Positions 62,951 through 64,000 of a DNA stretch of 64,000 nucleotides are shown here, piece after piece. The notes beneath the pieces are model-generated. The model saw only the letters and a list, made by a program, of their open reading frames with translations, had not been told where the DNA came from and searched no databases. A program made the translations under genes and the position numbers. Source of the stretch: Octopus sinensis (Eukaryota); contig NC_043020.1 in the NCBI RefSeq assembly GCF_006345805.1, forward strand, positions 20,460,001 through 20,524,000, given 5' to 3'. Numbering within the stretch: the stretch's first letter is position 1; every line of letters starts with the position of its first letter.

Positions 62951-64000
62951 TCAAGGAACTCAACAAATAGATTAGCATTGCTGAGGGCCAATCTTGTTAC
63001 CCATAGCTATTTCACAAAGTAATTTACAATAACTCTTCTTCTTAAGAGTTCCAACAGTTTTCTCAAAGGAACATTACATTACATTGAATACAATATAAAT
63101 AACCGAGTATTCTTCAGATATATTTACCTTAATTCAGGCACGGTGTGACAATGTCAGATAAAGATGGCTCTTTAAATTTTAACCACAACCCAACCAATAA
63201 ATTTCTATATTGCTTTTGTCTTCCAAATTACAGTTGAACAAATAAGAGCCTCTATGTGGTCAATTGACCTGCTAAAATACCTTAAATGAAGGACATACTG
63301 GACTGTGTAATCATAAATAGACAAAAAGAGAAACTAGACACAGCTGAAACACTTTTGCCTCATGATAGTTCTGAATACTCTGGTTTCTCCTCACCCCAAG
63401 CACATAATAGTTCTGAATAAGTAGACCTATGATTTAAACAACAACAATGACCCAACTGCACTTTGGAAGCTTTGATCAATTTCAGCTACTGGTAGAAGAC
63501 ACTTTGTCAAAGTACCATGCAGTGGATTCAAAATAAGAACATGATGATCAAGAAGCAAATTTGTAGACCACTAGGCCTTAAAATGGCTTCTGAGAAATCT
63601 TAGAGTACCATGAAAACATTCTAAGGCTCCACAAGCAAAGGGATCTTTTACTAAAATTAAATATAATTTTTTTTTATAAGGAAACAATGCCATTCACTAT
63701 TTTCACGATAATAAGTTATTACTATATGTTTTTGATAAGAATAAATTCTCCCTTGAAAACAATTTTTGCTTAATGTTTTATTAAAATTAAGGTGGCAGTG
63801 GTTGTCTGTAGAATATAGGTATGTATTCTCTGATTTTTGGAAAATCTTATAAAGATTCTACAACAAAATAAGTTCTGGAACCACAGCATGTGGCCATGTG
63901 CCCATTTTCAATATGGTGAAAGACGTGTTTCTCACAGAGGGAGCCTTGCACCTGCCGTAGGGTTGCGAACTGTGAGGATTAAATACTGGACAGACAAATT

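Overview
AT-rich eukaryotic DNA made almost entirely of transposable-element debris and microsatellites. The tRNA-derived SINEs, (GAT)n-tailed RTE LINEs and Dong/R4 elements match what I recognise from octopus genomes (recognition only, not a database result). I could not confidently identify any host gene; there are only a few candidate minus-strand exons and one CpG-retaining promoter-like patch at about 30.8-31.3 kb. Supported elements: a near full-length frameshifted Dong/R4 retrotransposon plus three more Dong remnants in tandem at an (AAT)n hotspot, many RTE fragments, a rearranged CR1-type LINE, a complete mariner with TIRs and TA duplication, a maT-like Tc1/mariner remnant, a hAT transposase fossil, a Helitron 3' end, a Helentron-type non-autonomous element carrying a Gypsy integrase fragment, and three Penelope-like (GIY-YIG) remnants. 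The most notable signal is a set of hammerhead-ribozyme motifs tied to Penelope-type repeats. One sits in the loop of a 189-bp near-perfect inverted repeat (408-816). One has a complete core but a 17-bp helix II closing an 82-nt AU-rich loop (29400-29554). Several others are decayed. A degenerate four-unit repeat-spacer array at 45422-45632 is unexplained. Element boundaries are approximate unless stated as exact.
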